In this document: piece after piece, positions 37,126 through 46,886 of the stretch
Layout of the letters: the number at the start of each line of letters is the position of its first letter
Position numbering within the stretch: the stretch's first letter is position 1
Made by a program: the position numbers and the translations under genes
Assembly (NCBI GenBank): GCA_902538185.1
Contig: CACBED010000002.1
Span: forward strand, 1-58,958
Length of the DNA stretch: 58,958 nucleotides
DNA from: an uncultured OCS116 cluster bacterium
Lineage (GTDB): Bacteria; Pseudomonadota; Alphaproteobacteria; Rhizobiales; TMED25
Direction of reading: 5' to 3'
Notes under the pieces: generated by a model
What the model was told of the DNA's origin: nothing
The model's input: the letters and a program-made list of their open reading frames with translations, nothing else
Database searches by the model: none

Positions 37126-38505
37126 TTAATAATAATCTTGACTTGTTCTAAAAAGCTGTTCGACAGCATGTATGCTTTCGGATAGAGAAAACAAAACGAT
37201 ACGATCATTCACTTCAAGTATAGTTTCGCCATCAGGTCTAATTACATCATCTTTTCTTAATATAGCACCAAATCTAAGATCATCTGGAATATCGGCTTCT
37301 TTTATTTGCTTCCCAATTAACGGCGAAGCGTCAACAATTTCAGCCTCTAGGACCTCAACTTTCCCATTATAAAGTGAGTGTGCATCTCGAATTCTACCTT
37401 TTCTCAAGTATCTCAGGATACTGGATATTGTAGTTGCACGAGGATTAATTAATGCGTCAATATTTAGCCTGGACTGAAGATCATTATAATTGTTATCCTG
37501 AAGCAGCGAAAGAGCCTGTTTTGCTCCCATTTCCTTTGCTATAACAGATGATATTAGATTTATATTATCATTATTAGTTATTGCAACAAATGCATCAGTT
37601 TTAATTATGCCAGCTTGTTCAAGTAAATTTTTATCTATCGAATTGCCGTTTAACACAATTGATTTTTTTAACTCCTTTGCAGCCTTTTCTGCTACCTCCT
37701 GATTTAATTCAATAAGCTTGATATTTATATTTGAAACATTAGACTCAAGCGCTTTCGCAAGGTATGTCCCTACATTACCAGCGCCAGCTATAATTATATT
37801 ATGCGCTTCAGGCTCAGTGTGGCCTAAAGCAGATAATATTTTACTAATATGATCGGAGTTACAAACTAGATATATTTTATCATTTTGTTTTAAGCTATGT
37901 TTCTGTGTTGGGATAATTATTTCATCATCGCGATTAATTCCGACTATAGTACATATCAAATCGGGATAATTTTCTGTTAATTCACGGAGGGGCGTATCCA
38001 CTACCTTACAATTCTCATCTATGTTAACGCCCAAAAAAGAAATCCTTTTTTCGCCAAATTCTATAATTTCAAAGGCACCTGGCAAGGTTATATTCTTTAA
38101 AATTGAGTCCGCGATCTCTTTTTCAGGTGAAATAATTACATCAATTGGAATATTTTCACGTGTGAAAAGATTTTCATAGTTTGGATTTAGGAAGTTATTT
38201 GAACGTATGCGAGCAATTTTAGTTGGGATGTTAAAAATCAAGTGTGAAATTGTGCAGATTACCATGTTTATCTCATCATACTGAGTTACTGCAATAATAA
38301 CATCTGCATCACTGGCCCCAGCCTCATCCAGTATCTCGGGGTATGACCCATTACCTACAATTGTTCTCACATCGAGAGTTTTGTTCATGTTATCAATTAA
38401 TTTCTGAGAATTATCAATCACCGTAACATCGTTTTTTTGTACTGAAAGTTGTTCGGCAATGCCATAGCCAACCTGCCCTGCTCCGCATATAATAATTTTC
38501 ATCAT
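37126..38505 (-). CDS. trkA: Trk system potassium transporter regulatory subunit TrkA
   Basis: Two RCK_N/RCK_C pairs; 'IIICGAGQVG' and 'IIIAGAGNVG'. Confidence 0.95.
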   Translation of the reverse strand: MMKIIICGAGQVGYGIAEQLSVQKNDVTVIDNSQKLIDNMNKTLDVRTIVGNGSYPEILDEAGASDADVIIAVTQYDEINMVICTISHLIFNIPTKIARIRSNNFLNPNYENLFTRENIPIDVIISPEKEIADSILKNITLPGAFEIIEFGEKRISFLGVNIDENCKVVDTPLRELTENYPDLICTIVGINRDDEIIIPTQKHSLKQNDKIYLVCNSDHISKILSALGHTEPEAHNIIIAGAGNVGTYLAKALESNVSNINIKLIELNQEVAEKAAKELKKSIVLNGNSIDKNLLEQAGIIKTDAFVAITNNDNINLISSVIAKEMGAKQALSLLQDNNYNDLQSRLNIDALINPRATTISSILRYLRKGRIRDAHSLYNGKVEVLEAEIVDASPLIGKQIKEADIPDDLRFGAILRKDDVIRPDGETILEVNDRIVLFSLSESIHAVEQLFRTSQDYY

Positions 38506-38515
38506 TTATACCTAT

Positions 38516-39862
38516 TTAAGTTCTTTTATCTATGCCAAGATATTTTAATTTTCTGTGAAGTGCTGTTCTTTCCATGCCTATGAATTCAGATGTTTTTGAT
38601 ATGTTACCATTAAACCTAGCAAGTTGAGTAACAATATAATTTCTTTCAAACAGATCCCTGGCATCTCTCATATTATATGAAATTAAAACCTCATTATTAT
38701 TAGTTATATTGGGATTGTTATCTCGGATTTCAATGGGAATATGACTAGCCGTAATTGAGTACTCATTCTCTGAATTGAGTTGCAAAATAGCTCTTTCTAT
38801 ACAATTTCTCAGTTCTTTTATATTTCCTGGCCACGAGTATGACTGCAATATAGCAAGCGCATCATCCGTAATACTTAAATTATGAGAAATTTCTGTTGTC
38901 CTTGCATAATCCTCAATAAAATATCTAACTAGTGGAGGTATGTCTTCTTTTCGATCAATTAGGCTTGGAATATGTATTTGCTCAATCGAAATTCTATTAA
39001 ATAAGTCATCAAGAAAAAGCCCCAAAGATACATATGACTTTAAATCTTTTGATGTACTAGCAACTACTCTAAAGTCTAAACTTTCTATTTTATATTTATT
39101 GTTTATTAAATTTAAGAGGATCTGCTGGGCCTCAACGGATAGCTCAGATATTTCATTTATAAATAAAGTTCCTCCATTTAGTTCATTAATAAAGCTCGTA
39201 TTATTGCTGGGTTCGGCACTACATAACTTATGCTGAAACTCATCTGCATTAATATTTCTTGCATTAAGGCGTGTGAACAAAAACTTTGATCTACTAGATT
39301 TGTTATGTATTAATCTTGCAACAAGCTCCTTACCAACACCACTGCCACCCGTAATAAGGATTCGACTTCTAACATCTGAGAGTCTATCTATAGATTGATT
39401 TAATTGTATTACAGTATTTGAGTCACCGATGTAATCTATCGCATAATTTGATTTATTTCGAATATTGGTAATTTCTTGTCGGAGGTTGTAGGTTTCAGAG
39501 GCTCTTTTTATTGTGTGCATCAGACGTTCTGTTTTAAATGGTTTTTCTAAGTAATCGTATGCGCCAATTTTTATTGCTGTTACAGCTGTGTCAATGTTAC
39601 CATGGCCAGAAATAATTATAATTGGAATTTCTGGACGTGTACTATGAATTTCTTGCAATAACTCAATACCATCCAACTTACTACCCTCTAGCCAAACATC
39701 TAATATTATTAAATCAATATTAACTTCTGATAAAATGCTAATAGCGCTGTCACTATTTTGCGCATTATATGTTTGGTACCCCTCATCTTCTAGCACACCC
39801 GAAATTAATTTACAGATGTCAATTTCATCATCAATTATTAATATATTTTTATTCTCAATCAT
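38516..39862 (-). CDS. ntrX: Response regulator NtrX
   Basis: REC 'ILIIDDE...LDVWL...ISGHG', degenerate AAA+ domain, HTH 'GNISKTSEFIGMERTALHRKLK'. Downstream of ntrY. Confidence 0.92.
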   Translation of the reverse strand: MIENKNILIIDDEIDICKLISGVLEDEGYQTYNAQNSDSAISILSEVNIDLIILDVWLEGSKLDGIELLQEIHSTRPEIPIIIISGHGNIDTAVTAIKIGAYDYLEKPFKTERLMHTIKRASETYNLRQEITNIRNKSNYAIDYIGDSNTVIQLNQSIDRLSDVRSRILITGGSGVGKELVARLIHNKSSRSKFLFTRLNARNINADEFQHKLCSAEPSNNTSFINELNGGTLFINEISELSVEAQQILLNLINNKYKIESLDFRVVASTSKDLKSYVSLGLFLDDLFNRISIEQIHIPSLIDRKEDIPPLVRYFIEDYARTTEISHNLSITDDALAILQSYSWPGNIKELRNCIERAILQLNSENEYSITASHIPIEIRDNNPNITNNNEVLISYNMRDARDLFERNYIVTQLARFNGNISKTSEFIGMERTALHRKLKYLGIDKRT

Positions 39863-42077
39863 TAATTTTTTCGGAATTGCTATCAAGTGATTTTGGTAAA
39901 ATTATTTCAACTATTGCCCCAATTATTTTCTTATCAGGCATTATATCATTTTTGAGATACAATTCTCCCTTGTGTACCTCAATTATATTTTTCACGACTG
40001 ATAAACCAATTCCTGTCCCCATTTCTCTTGTTGTATAATAAGGTTCTAAAAGTTTATCAAGATCACTTTTTGGAAAACCTGTTCCGTTATCAGCAATTTT
40101 TATGATCACATAATCAGGTTTATCTTCTAGGGATATATTTATCACTCCCGAGTTGTCATTCTTGTGTAATAAAAATATCGATTCAGATGAATTTTTAATT
40201 AAATTTATTAGAGCTTGGCTGACCAGTCTACGGTCAAAATTAAAGAATATCTCCCCATCTGGAATATCTAGTTTTATATCAATAGACTCAAATGTTATCT
40301 TTTGTAGAAGGACCGCCTGTTTTATTGTATCACATATATCATATTTATTCATGTTTGCTGTAGGGACTTTTGCAAATGCTGAGAACTCGTCTACTATTTT
40401 CCCTAAATCTCCAACTTGTCTAATTATTGTATCCGTGCAGTCTTCAAATACATCTAGATCATTAGTAATTTGATCTTTGTACTTTCTTTTAAGCCTTTCT
40501 GCAGACAATTGTATTGGTGTGAGGGGATTTTTTATCTCATGGGCAATCCTACGCGCTACATCAGCCCAAACTGATGTTCTTTGGGCGTCAAATAAATCTG
40601 TAACATCATCGAATGCTATGACCATTGAACTTTTCTTCGACTTATCTTCTTTTGTTATTTTGATATGAATATTCCGATATTGATCGTTTATTAGCACCGT
40701 AATATATTCATCTATATTATCTCTACTTTTGTAGGCTTTTATTAGGATATCTGAAAATTGTGGCATTATATCAATAATATTAACCCCCAGAATCTCACTA
40801 AGTTCTTTATCGAAAAAAAAGCATGCAGATAAATTTGCAATTTGAATACTTCCGTTACTATCAATACTGATAACACACGATGTAATACCGGAAAGCACAG
40901 CTTCGGTAAATTTTCGTCTTTCGTCAAGTAGTCGATTGTTAGAAATTAAGTTCTCACGTTGATTCTTGAGATCTGTTGTCATACTGTTAAAGGTGCTCAC
41001 AAGATTGTGCATGTCATTGTCAATTCTCGACTTACTTTCAATATTAATATCAAGGTCTCCATCGGATACTTTTTTTGACGCATATATGAGCTTAGCAATT
41101 GGAGCCGATAGCCTATTTGCAAAAAATATACTAAACCAAATTGCTACTGTTAAAAAAACAAGTGAGAAACCAACATACTGAAGGGCAAAGGTAACTTGCG
41201 TGTTGAACCTTCTCTCTTCAAGGTTTGAATATTCATTCCGAGTTTGTTCTAATTGCTTTAAATGCTTAATAACAATTGGATCAACAGCTTTGTAAATTAG
41301 CAAATAGCCATCTATAAAATTGGGCAGAAGGACAAAGGCACTAACCATATTAGAATCATTTGGCTTAAATATTATTATGTCCCCTTGGTCAGCTCGATCA
41401 TAGGATAATTGTGATGGTTTTGTGTATCCTAATTCATATTCGGGAGTTGTTGTATTAATTAAGATATTTCCGTCTCGATTCACGATATATGCACCTGATA
41501 ATTTTCTTAATTTTGCCTGTTTTAAAAAATAATCTCCAAATGTATTAATATTTTCTTCAAATATATTAACTGAGTTATTTAGATCAATTTGCATTGCACC
41601 AATTTCCGCTCTAAGATTGTTTGAATGTTCACGTAAATAGCTTTTTGCGACTATATTTGACTTTTCAAGCATTGACTTTGTTCTATCTGAAAACCATTTA
41701 TCCAAGCCTCTATCTAGGGTAATTGTTGCAAGGACTGCCACAACTAAGGCTGGTAAAGCTGATACGATACCAAATAAACTTATCAACTTGATTTGTAGAC
41801 TAGCGCCCGCAATATTTCTTTTTCGTGCAATTAATATTTGTGAAAATTTGCTAATTATGAGTAAAACCATAACGACTATAAAGACAGCGTTCATTACGAA
41901 TAAAAGAAATATTACAGCATTAGATGGAATAAATACTTGGCCAGTTAATGTGAGCCATGTTGATGTAATAAGAAAAATCGCAAGAAATAAAATCAAGATG
42001 TTGAACAAGGACTCCCTATAAGAATTTAAGAATTCCTTTAATGGATTAAACAGTTTAAGTGTATCAATATTACTCAT
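39855..42077 (-). CDS. ntrY: Sensor histidine kinase NtrY
   Basis: TM helices, 'LDKWF', HAMP, PAS, 'WADVARRIAHEIKNPLTPIQLSAERL', 'DNGTG', 'GTGIGL'. Confidence 0.94.
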   Translation of the reverse strand: MSNIDTLKLFNPLKEFLNSYRESLFNILILFLAIFLITSTWLTLTGQVFIPSNAVIFLLFVMNAVFIVVMVLLIISKFSQILIARKRNIAGASLQIKLISLFGIVSALPALVVAVLATITLDRGLDKWFSDRTKSMLEKSNIVAKSYLREHSNNLRAEIGAMQIDLNNSVNIFEENINTFGDYFLKQAKLRKLSGAYIVNRDGNILINTTTPEYELGYTKPSQLSYDRADQGDIIIFKPNDSNMVSAFVLLPNFIDGYLLIYKAVDPIVIKHLKQLEQTRNEYSNLEERRFNTQVTFALQYVGFSLVFLTVAIWFSIFFANRLSAPIAKLIYASKKVSDGDLDINIESKSRIDNDMHNLVSTFNSMTTDLKNQRENLISNNRLLDERRKFTEAVLSGITSCVISIDSNGSIQIANLSACFFFDKELSEILGVNIIDIMPQFSDILIKAYKSRDNIDEYITVLINDQYRNIHIKITKEDKSKKSSMVIAFDDVTDLFDAQRTSVWADVARRIAHEIKNPLTPIQLSAERLKRKYKDQITNDLDVFEDCTDTIIRQVGDLGKIVDEFSAFAKVPTANMNKYDICDTIKQAVLLQKITFESIDIKLDIPDGEIFFNFDRRLVSQALINLIKNSSESIFLLHKNDNSGVINISLEDKPDYVIIKIADNGTGFPKSDLDKLLEPYYTTREMGTGIGLSVVKNIIEVHKGELYLKNDIMPDKKIIGAIVEIILPKSLDSNSEKIND

Positions 42078-42144
42078 GACTTTATATTATATTACTAATA
42101 ATATATTTTTTAATGATAAATTTTATCTTAATGAAAATTGAGTA

Positions 42145-43575
42145 CTAATTTTTTGGCAGATCCGAGTTTATTTGACGTAACTTTTTACGAAGCGTATTAC
42201 GATTTAAACCAAGGATTTTTGATGCCTTAATTTGATTTCCTTTTGTGGAGTCCATAACAAAATTCAAAATTGGTTTCTCAAATTGCAAAAGAACCTTATG
42301 ATAGATCCCTTCATCTCCTTCCTGGAAGTCTTCGATGGAATACTTACTTAAATAACTTTCAACATGGTCCTCTAATGACCTAAGTTGCTTGCTATCTGTT
42401 TGGTAATTCTTTTGATCCATAAAAGAAAATTCATTTTTAATAATATCAAGTGAAATTATCTCATTTGGATAGAGTGTAATCAATCTTTTAATAAAATTCT
42501 CTAATTCTCTAATATTACCAGGCCAATCATGATTCTTGATGTAGTTTAGCGCATCCTGCTCAATTCTGCTCACGTTATCTTCTGGTGCATTTTTTGCCAT
42601 AAAATGATTTACCAAAGACGGAAGATCGTCTTTTCTGTCTCTTAATGGTGGTAATGTTATTGGAATTACATTTATTCTATAATATAAGTCCTCGCGAAAT
42701 GCTCCTAATTTTATCTGATCACTTAATGATTTATTTGTTGCGGCAATAATTCTAACATTTGTTTTAATTGGACTTGTACCACCAACGGTGAGAAATTCAC
42801 CTTCTTGTAATACTCTTAATAAACGAGTTTGCGCATCTATAGGCATATCTCCAATTTCATCCAAGAAGAGTGTTCCTCCGTCTGCAATTTGAAACTTTCC
42901 AATTTTCTTGTCTATCGCGCCGGTAAAAGCACCTTTCTCATGTCCAAATAATTCAGACTCAATTAGATCCTTTGGTATTGCGGCCATATTTATTGGTACA
43001 AAGGTAGAGTCTTTTCTATTACCAAATTCGTGTAAAGCTTTGGCAATTAGCTCTTTTCCAGTACCGGACTCACCTGTTATCAGTACTGTTAAGTCTGAAT
43101 TCATTAATCTGGCCATCACCCGGTAAACTTCTTGCATGGGCTTTGAACGACCAATTAATGGAAAGCTATCGGGCGACTCAAAGCTTTCATCTTCAACCAC
43201 TTTATTATTTTCACTTACAGAACGATTAATAATATTAAGTAGTTCAGCTATATCGAATGGTTTTGGGATATATTCAAACGCACCAAGTTCATTTGCTTTT
43301 ATTGCAGTCATAAGTGTATTTTGAGCACTCATAACGATAATTGGTATATCGGTATTGATCATTTTAATTTTTGGTATTAGCTCAAATGCATTTGCATCTG
43401 GCATAACTACATCTGTAATAATTAAATCAGCAAAATTTTGTTGAGCAAGAGTCCATAAACCGGCAGCGTTTTCAGTCAAAGTAACGTCAAAACCTGATCT
43501 TTTCAGAGCGGTCTCAAGGACAAGCCTTATAGCTTTATCATCGTCTGCAACAACTATATGTGTTTTTTTCATCAT
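42145..43575 (-). CDS. ntrC: Nitrogen regulation protein NR(I) NtrC
   Basis: REC 'VADDD...TDVVMP...MSAQNT', 'GESGTGKE', intact 'ESELFGHEKGAFTGA', 'FLDEIGDM', HTH 'GNQIKASKILGLNRNTLRKK'. Confidence 0.95.
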   Translation of the reverse strand: MMKKTHIVVADDDKAIRLVLETALKRSGFDVTLTENAAGLWTLAQQNFADLIITDVVMPDANAFELIPKIKMINTDIPIIVMSAQNTLMTAIKANELGAFEYIPKPFDIAELLNIINRSVSENNKVVEDESFESPDSFPLIGRSKPMQEVYRVMARLMNSDLTVLITGESGTGKELIAKALHEFGNRKDSTFVPINMAAIPKDLIESELFGHEKGAFTGAIDKKIGKFQIADGGTLFLDEIGDMPIDAQTRLLRVLQEGEFLTVGGTSPIKTNVRIIAATNKSLSDQIKLGAFREDLYYRINVIPITLPPLRDRKDDLPSLVNHFMAKNAPEDNVSRIEQDALNYIKNHDWPGNIRELENFIKRLITLYPNEIISLDIIKNEFSFMDQKNYQTDSKQLRSLEDHVESYLSKYSIEDFQEGDEGIYHKVLLQFEKPILNFVMDSTKGNQIKASKILGLNRNTLRKKLRQINSDLPKN

Positions 43576-43583
43576 AAATCTTC

Positions 43584-44672
43584 TTATTGTGATACTGGGA
43601 ATAGAATTGACATTTTTGTACCCCTGCTTGTTATGCCGCATTCAATAACCCCATCGTGATCTTGTATTATTTTTGACACAATTGAAAGCCCTAGACCCTT
43701 CCCATCTTTTTTACTTGTGATAAATGGGTCAAAAATATTTTCATAAATATCTTTGTCAATACCGCCACCATTATCTTCAATCGAAAAGCATAGCGGTAAT
43801 TCAATTTTCTTACTTGATGTTGGTAGGCTTATTCGAACACTGGATAAGAATGATGAACTAAGAATAATTTCCCCCTTATTTGAATTATTCTTTATTGCCT
43901 CACTGCTGTTTTTTATTAAGTTCATCAGGACCTGAATAAGTAGGTCTTTATTGCCATGAACATGGGGTAATGATGGATCGAACCTCTCTATAAATTTAAT
44001 ATCTTTCGCAAAGCCATTTTCGGCAATCATTTTTACATGGTTGAAGATTGTGTGCATATTAATTTTTTCTTTTTTTATTTGCGAACTATCTGAAAAGATT
44101 TGCATACTATTGATCAAATTATTTATTCTATCAGTTTCATCACAGATTATTGATATAAGAGATTGATTTTCAGAACTAGCACCATCAAGTAAGAGTTGAG
44201 CTGCCCCCTTAATTCCAGATAGGGGATTTTTTATTTCGTGTGCAAGGATTGATGACATTTCAACTAGTGATTTTGCTGATCCAGCTTGCATATATTGTCG
44301 ATTAAATTTTTTTGCAATACCACGTTCAATAAACATTAAGAGTAGATAATCTGTGTCTTCAAAGGGTGAAACTTGAATATCCACCTCATGCTCTTTTTTA
44401 TCAATAATATTTGTTAACATCAGGGAATATTCACGAATTGTTGTTTTTTTTTCACGTGATTGATTGATTAGATAATATAGTGGTGATGTCGTATTATATA
44501 ATGCAGTGAATTTGTATTTATTAAGTATATTGCGACTGAGCCCAAAAAAAAATTCAGCATCATCATTTGATGTCACTATATTATCATCCTTATCCAAGAT
44601 TACGAGTGGATGTTTAATTGTTCTAAACAATCCGTCCAAATCGATTTGCATTTTATCTAATATTGTTTCCAT
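43584..44672 (-). CDS. ntrB: Nitrogen regulation sensor kinase NtrB
   Basis: PAS domain, 'LAHEIKNPLSGIKGAAQLL', 'FDPSLP', 'DNGGG', 'GKGLGL'. Confidence 0.94.
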   Translation of the reverse strand: METILDKMQIDLDGLFRTIKHPLVILDKDDNIVTSNDDAEFFFGLSRNILNKYKFTALYNTTSPLYYLINQSREKKTTIREYSLMLTNIIDKKEHEVDIQVSPFEDTDYLLLMFIERGIAKKFNRQYMQAGSAKSLVEMSSILAHEIKNPLSGIKGAAQLLLDGASSENQSLISIICDETDRINNLINSMQIFSDSSQIKKEKINMHTIFNHVKMIAENGFAKDIKFIERFDPSLPHVHGNKDLLIQVLMNLIKNSSEAIKNNSNKGEIILSSSFLSSVRISLPTSSKKIELPLCFSIEDNGGGIDKDIYENIFDPFITSKKDGKGLGLSIVSKIIQDHDGVIECGITSRGTKMSILFPVSQ

Positions 44673-44696
44673 TTCTGTGCTATAAATAGTATGGTA

Positions 44697-44747
44697 ATAT
44701 GATTAAAAAAAGGGCATATACTTTATATGATTAAATATTAATCATAT
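44697..44747. promoter_or_regulatory. Tandem palindromic sites upstream of ntrB (candidate NtrC boxes)
   Basis: ATATGATTAAAAAAAGGGCATAT (44697-44719) and perfect ATATGATTAA-ATA-TTAATCATAT (44725-44747), 28 bp apart. Confidence 0.5.
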
Positions 44748-44784
44748 TTATAAATAATTTATTTATATTATGCAATGATTTCTT

Positions 44785-45960
44785 ATGAAAATATCAGCTA
44801 TAATTTGTGCAGCCGGTGATGGGAATAGGTTAAATAGCTCTAAACCTACCCCGAAACAATATTTGGTTGTAAATGGAAAGACCATTATTGAATACTCCAT
44901 CGATAAGTTCTTAGAACTTGAAATTATTGAAAATATAGTAATTGCAATAAATTCAAGTCACACAGAATATATCCACAACATAATCAAGAAGGATGCTTAT
45001 AAAGATAAAGTTTTTATAATTAATGGCTCAAACACAAGGTTAAAGTCTGTTATGAAAGGCTTGGAGTATCTTAGCGCATCTGGAACAACACACGTTTTCA
45101 TTCATGATGCTGCAAGACCAAATTTTTCTTCTAGTTTACCTAATAATCTAATCATAGCAGCAAAAGGCCATGATGGATCAATACCAATAATAGAAGCTTC
45201 AAATACAATTAAGCAGTTAAAAAATGAAAAATTAAAAACGCTTGATCGATCGACCATTATTGAGTCGCAAACCCCACAATTTTTTGAATTTAAGGCAATA
45301 TATAATTCATACAGAAATCTAGCCAAACTAACCACTGGTGTTAATCATGTAACTGATGATGCGCAAGTAGCAGAATTAGCTGGGCTTAAAGTAAACACCT
45401 TTAAAGATAATAAAAAGAATTATAAAATAACTATATACGATGATTTAGATCGTTTTAAAATGGAAAGTGAAAATATGTCTTCTTCAAGAGTTGGGATTGG
45501 TTTTGATGTGCACAAGTTTGGTGAAGGTCATAATATTCGAATATTCGGTGTTAATATTCCTTTCAATAAAACACTAGTAGGACACTCAGATGCAGATGTT
45601 GGCCTTCATGCTATAACTGATGCAATATATGGCTCAATTGGCTCTGACGATATTGGATCTCACTTTAATCCAGCAGATGAGAGGTGGCAGGGAGCAGACT
45701 CAAAAATATTCCTAGATCACTCACTATTGAAATTAGAAGAATTTGGAGGAAAGATTCTAAATATCGATCTAGTTGTCATTGCAGAGGAGCCGAATATTAA
45801 TGCATATAAGAATGCTATAAAAAAAGAGCTATCAGGGCTATTAAAGATTGATGTGTCTAATATAGGTCTAAAAGCTACGACAACAGAAAAATTAGGTTTT
45901 ACTGGCAGAAAGGAAGGAATTGCTGTACAAACTATTGTTAACATATCGGTCATGAAATGA
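44785..45960 (+). CDS. ispDF: Bifunctional IspD/IspF (MEP cytidylyltransferase / MECDP synthase)
   Basis: 'AAGDGNR..PKQY', 'HDAARP', 'QTPQ'; then 'RVGIGFDVH', 'GHSDADV', 'KATTTEKLGFTGR'. Confidence 0.96.
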   Translation: MKISAIICAAGDGNRLNSSKPTPKQYLVVNGKTIIEYSIDKFLELEIIENIVIAINSSHTEYIHNIIKKDAYKDKVFIINGSNTRLKSVMKGLEYLSASGTTHVFIHDAARPNFSSSLPNNLIIAAKGHDGSIPIIEASNTIKQLKNEKLKTLDRSTIIESQTPQFFEFKAIYNSYRNLAKLTTGVNHVTDDAQVAELAGLKVNTFKDNKKNYKITIYDDLDRFKMESENMSSSRVGIGFDVHKFGEGHNIRIFGVNIPFNKTLVGHSDADVGLHAITDAIYGSIGSDDIGSHFNPADERWQGADSKIFLDHSLLKLEEFGGKILNIDLVVIAEEPNINAYKNAIKKELSGLLKIDVSNIGLKATTTEKLGFTGRKEGIAVQTIVNISVMK

Positions 45961-46448
45961 AACAATTAACCCAATCAGCCATAAATCTAATAGAAATATG
46001 TAAGCAGAAAAATCTCAAAATTGGTTCGGCTGAGTCTTGTACTGGAGGACTTATATCTTCAACAATAACATCAATTTCAGGTTCTTCCGAAGTTTATGAG
46101 TTGGGCTATGTGACGTATTCTAATCAGTCAAAGATTGATTTATTAAAAGTTAATTATAGAGATATTCAGGATTATGGTGCGGTAAGTAGAGAGGTGTGTT
46201 CACAAATGTCATCTAATATAATATCTCTACATCCAAATATTAACCTCTCTATCGCTGTCTCAGGTATTGCAGGGCCAAAAAGTGACGATACAAAAAAAGA
46301 AGTTGGACTCGTTTATATTTCTGTATCACTGAATAAAGAAACCCTGTGTAAAGAATATAAGTTTGGTGAAATTGGAAGAGATAATGTAAGGCTTAATACA
46401 TCCATTAAAGCATTTGAGATCTCATACGGGTTAGTCGATCAACTATAA
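45957..46448 (+). CDS. cinA: CinA C-terminal / PncC (NMN deamidase) family protein
   Basis: 'AESCTGG', 'GSS', 'VTYSN', 'GAVS', 'SGIAGP'. Confidence 0.92.
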   Translation: MKQLTQSAINLIEICKQKNLKIGSAESCTGGLISSTITSISGSSEVYELGYVTYSNQSKIDLLKVNYRDIQDYGAVSREVCSQMSSNIISLHPNINLSIAVSGIAGPKSDDTKKEVGLVYISVSLNKETLCKEYKFGEIGRDNVRLNTSIKAFEISYGLVDQL

Positions 46449-46882
46449 AGCTTATTTGCCCGGCTTTCAAACGCAAAAATATATTTACTGAATACCCTTT
46501 CAAACATTAAATTAATAACTTTCCCTGTTAATGAATTTTTTGCTATAAAATCGATCTCAAATAAAATTTCTGAACCATTTTCAATATCAATAAATTGCCA
46601 ATAGTTATTCAACTTACGGAATGGACCGTCGCTGTTTACAACTTCAATTGTAAATTTATTCTTATTCAAGATGATGTGGGATGTAAAAGATTCATTTAAA
46701 AAACCATATCCAACCTCCATAATTGCATCAATATAAATTATATCTCCATCTTTTCTTCTTTTTAACACCTTAAGCGACTTGCAGGCCGGTACAAAATATG
46801 GATAACTCTCAATATCTGAGACCAAGGCATACATTTCATTTGCACTATATCGCACTGTTCTTGAGAGTTTTTTTGACTTCAT
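46439..46882 (-). CDS. ratA: RatA/PasT/Coq10 START-domain (ubiquinone-binding) protein
   Basis: 'YSANEMYALVSDIESYPYFVPAC', 'GPFRKL.NYW.F', 'AFESRA'. Start trimmed to ATG 46882, after the lipA stop. Confidence 0.88.
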   Translation of the reverse strand: MKSKKLSRTVRYSANEMYALVSDIESYPYFVPACKSLKVLKRRKDGDIIYIDAIMEVGYGFLNESFTSHIILNKNKFTIEVVNSDGPFRKLNNYWQFIDIENGSEILFEIDFIAKNSLTGKVINLMFERVFSKYIFAFESRANKLYS

Positions 46883-46886
46883 CAAA

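Noticed and set aside
46439-46882. RatA as a toxin-antitoxin module
   Set aside because: No antitoxin is adjacent. The family is the Coq10-like quinone-binding protein normally found after lipA.
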